Positions 62,517 to 64,000 of a DNA stretch of 64,000 nt are shown one piece after another. Location: the NCBI GenBank assembly GCA_964658305.1, contig OZ210885.1, forward strand, positions 7,068,001 through 7,132,000, in the 5' to 3' direction. Origin of the DNA: Leptogorgia sarmentosa. Its lineage: Eukaryota. Position 1 is the first letter of the stretch; each line of letters opens with the position of its first letter. The notes beneath the pieces were generated by a model. The model ran no database searches. It saw only the letters and a program-made list of their open reading frames with translations, and was not told the DNA's origin. A program made the translations under genes and the position numbers.

Positions 62517-64000
62517 GGCCTACTTTGGGGGCCAATGTCGGCTAATGTCGCTGCGACAATAGGCGACATTTGGCGACATTGGGGATTTTCAAAGAAAATT
62601 CCTTGCGACATTAGGCAACATTAGGCGACATTGGGCGACATTAGGTTAGATAGATGGACAGTATTAGAAATATTTGTCAGCCCAGGGGCTGAATTGGGGG
62701 CCACACCACAGTGACCTGGGGTGCTTATGGACAATAATTGACAAATTTGAATATTCCCATGATCTCCTAGCCTGGAGACCCACTACTATTCTAATAAAAT
62801 ACAAAAAATAGTAACTCTGAATAACATTGTTTATATTGTACAGATGTTTGGACTTCAGCAATAATACAAGGAAGCAAAATGTTATTAGGAGTTAATATTC
62901 TTTTATGTGAGTTAATGAACATAAAAATCAAAAAATGTCAGTTAATGAGCAGCTATTAATAAATAGCAAAGCAAGTAAATGCAAATCAGCAAGTATTTCA
63001 ATACTGCAATTCATAATTGGTCAATTAATCAAGTTGTTTAAATACTCAGCTTATTGAAAAGTATAAACAGGTAATAATTAATGCATTATATATTGCACAT
63101 ATTGCCCATGGAAGTATTATTTCTTTACCTTACTAAATAACTGTCAACTATTCATTGATATTGTCATATAGCTCATACTGAATTATTTAATCAGCATTCA
63201 GCCATCAGGGTCACGCTTGTTTGCTGTAAACGGACGCTTTGTAAGACCTTCCGGGATATGCAGTTGCTTCTAGGAAGTTTATCAAATGATGTATCGTTGG
63301 ATATGAAAAGCATATCAGTGATTTAATCGTATTTATTATCATTGAAAGTAGCAAAGTCAATTTCATATTCTAAAAAGTCGTGTTTTCGCCATATTAGCAG
63401 CCTGCGGATAGGCAAAATTGTTTCCATAAATGAATAGTAACATTCAATTTCCACTTTTCGGCAAATAAAGTTATAGCCACTGGTCATAGCTGGGATTAAG
63501 AGGTCATTTACATATTAAAAATCCTGAAACTTAATCTCTAATCCTGATCTAAAACCAACCCCAGATCTAACCCTATTGTTTATTGTATTGGCAATCCTGA
63601 CTAATCCTAGTGATTATCTTTGGGGTGTAAAGATATATGAAAGTGATTCTAAAAACAATTACGAGACGAAAGAATTTATCGACAGAAATAGTTAATTATT
63701 AAGTTCGGTCCACTGAGCTAAAGAAATACTGGAGAGAGTGCACGGCATCAAAAAGTGAAGCCAAAATTATGGCGTGGATTCATGCTTGCCACGCCAGATC
63801 CACGCCACTGGAAGAGGTGGGAATTTTGTCTCCGCTGGTCACATATTCGCTGGCGCGGTCATCATTTCTTCGATTTTCATCTCTTGTGCCAACGTGTTCG
63901 GTTTTTGTCACGGCAAATATACCTTTTTTGTGCAAATTATTTGTCGAAACGTAGATTCTTTTGAAGCTCAGGGAGAAATGTTTACGCTACAGAAATTTTA

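Noticed and set aside
62700..64000. Possible continuation of ISYNA1 or a transposase
   Set aside because: No recognisable homologous exon or enzyme motif found by eye.

Overview
AT-rich, intron- and MITE-rich animal genomic DNA. The repeat landscape suggests a marine invertebrate such as a cnidarian (inference). It is not prokaryotic. Contents in order: (1) a minus-strand SBF1/SBF2-type (MTMR5/MTMR13) DENN-myotubularin pseudophosphatase gene, with 36 coding exons traced by hand from ATG 37678 to 777, continuing off the left edge. (2) Head-to-head with it, a 7-exon PABPN1 gene (39436-41537). (3) A ~12-kb cluster of tRNA-His/Pro/Asn/Arg genes and pseudogenes whose left and right halves are inverted relative to each other; the repeat unit carries TLDc-domain gene fragments. 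(4) A 5'-truncated but frame-intact L2/CR1-group LINE split by a 2.95-kb EnSpm/CACTA-like element. (5) A Mutator/foldback-like element with a 9-bp TSD. (6) The 5' part of an inositol-3-phosphate synthase (ISYNA1) gene that breaks into repeat DNA. The most unusual signal is that several sequence-unrelated small elements share one design: a ~140-bp hairpin whose recurrent mismatches are tandem GA/GA on one strand, a GAA triloop cap, and usually a CCAATCA box downstream on that same strand. This points to selection on a single-stranded DNA structure. All coordinates were read by eye and no searches were run.
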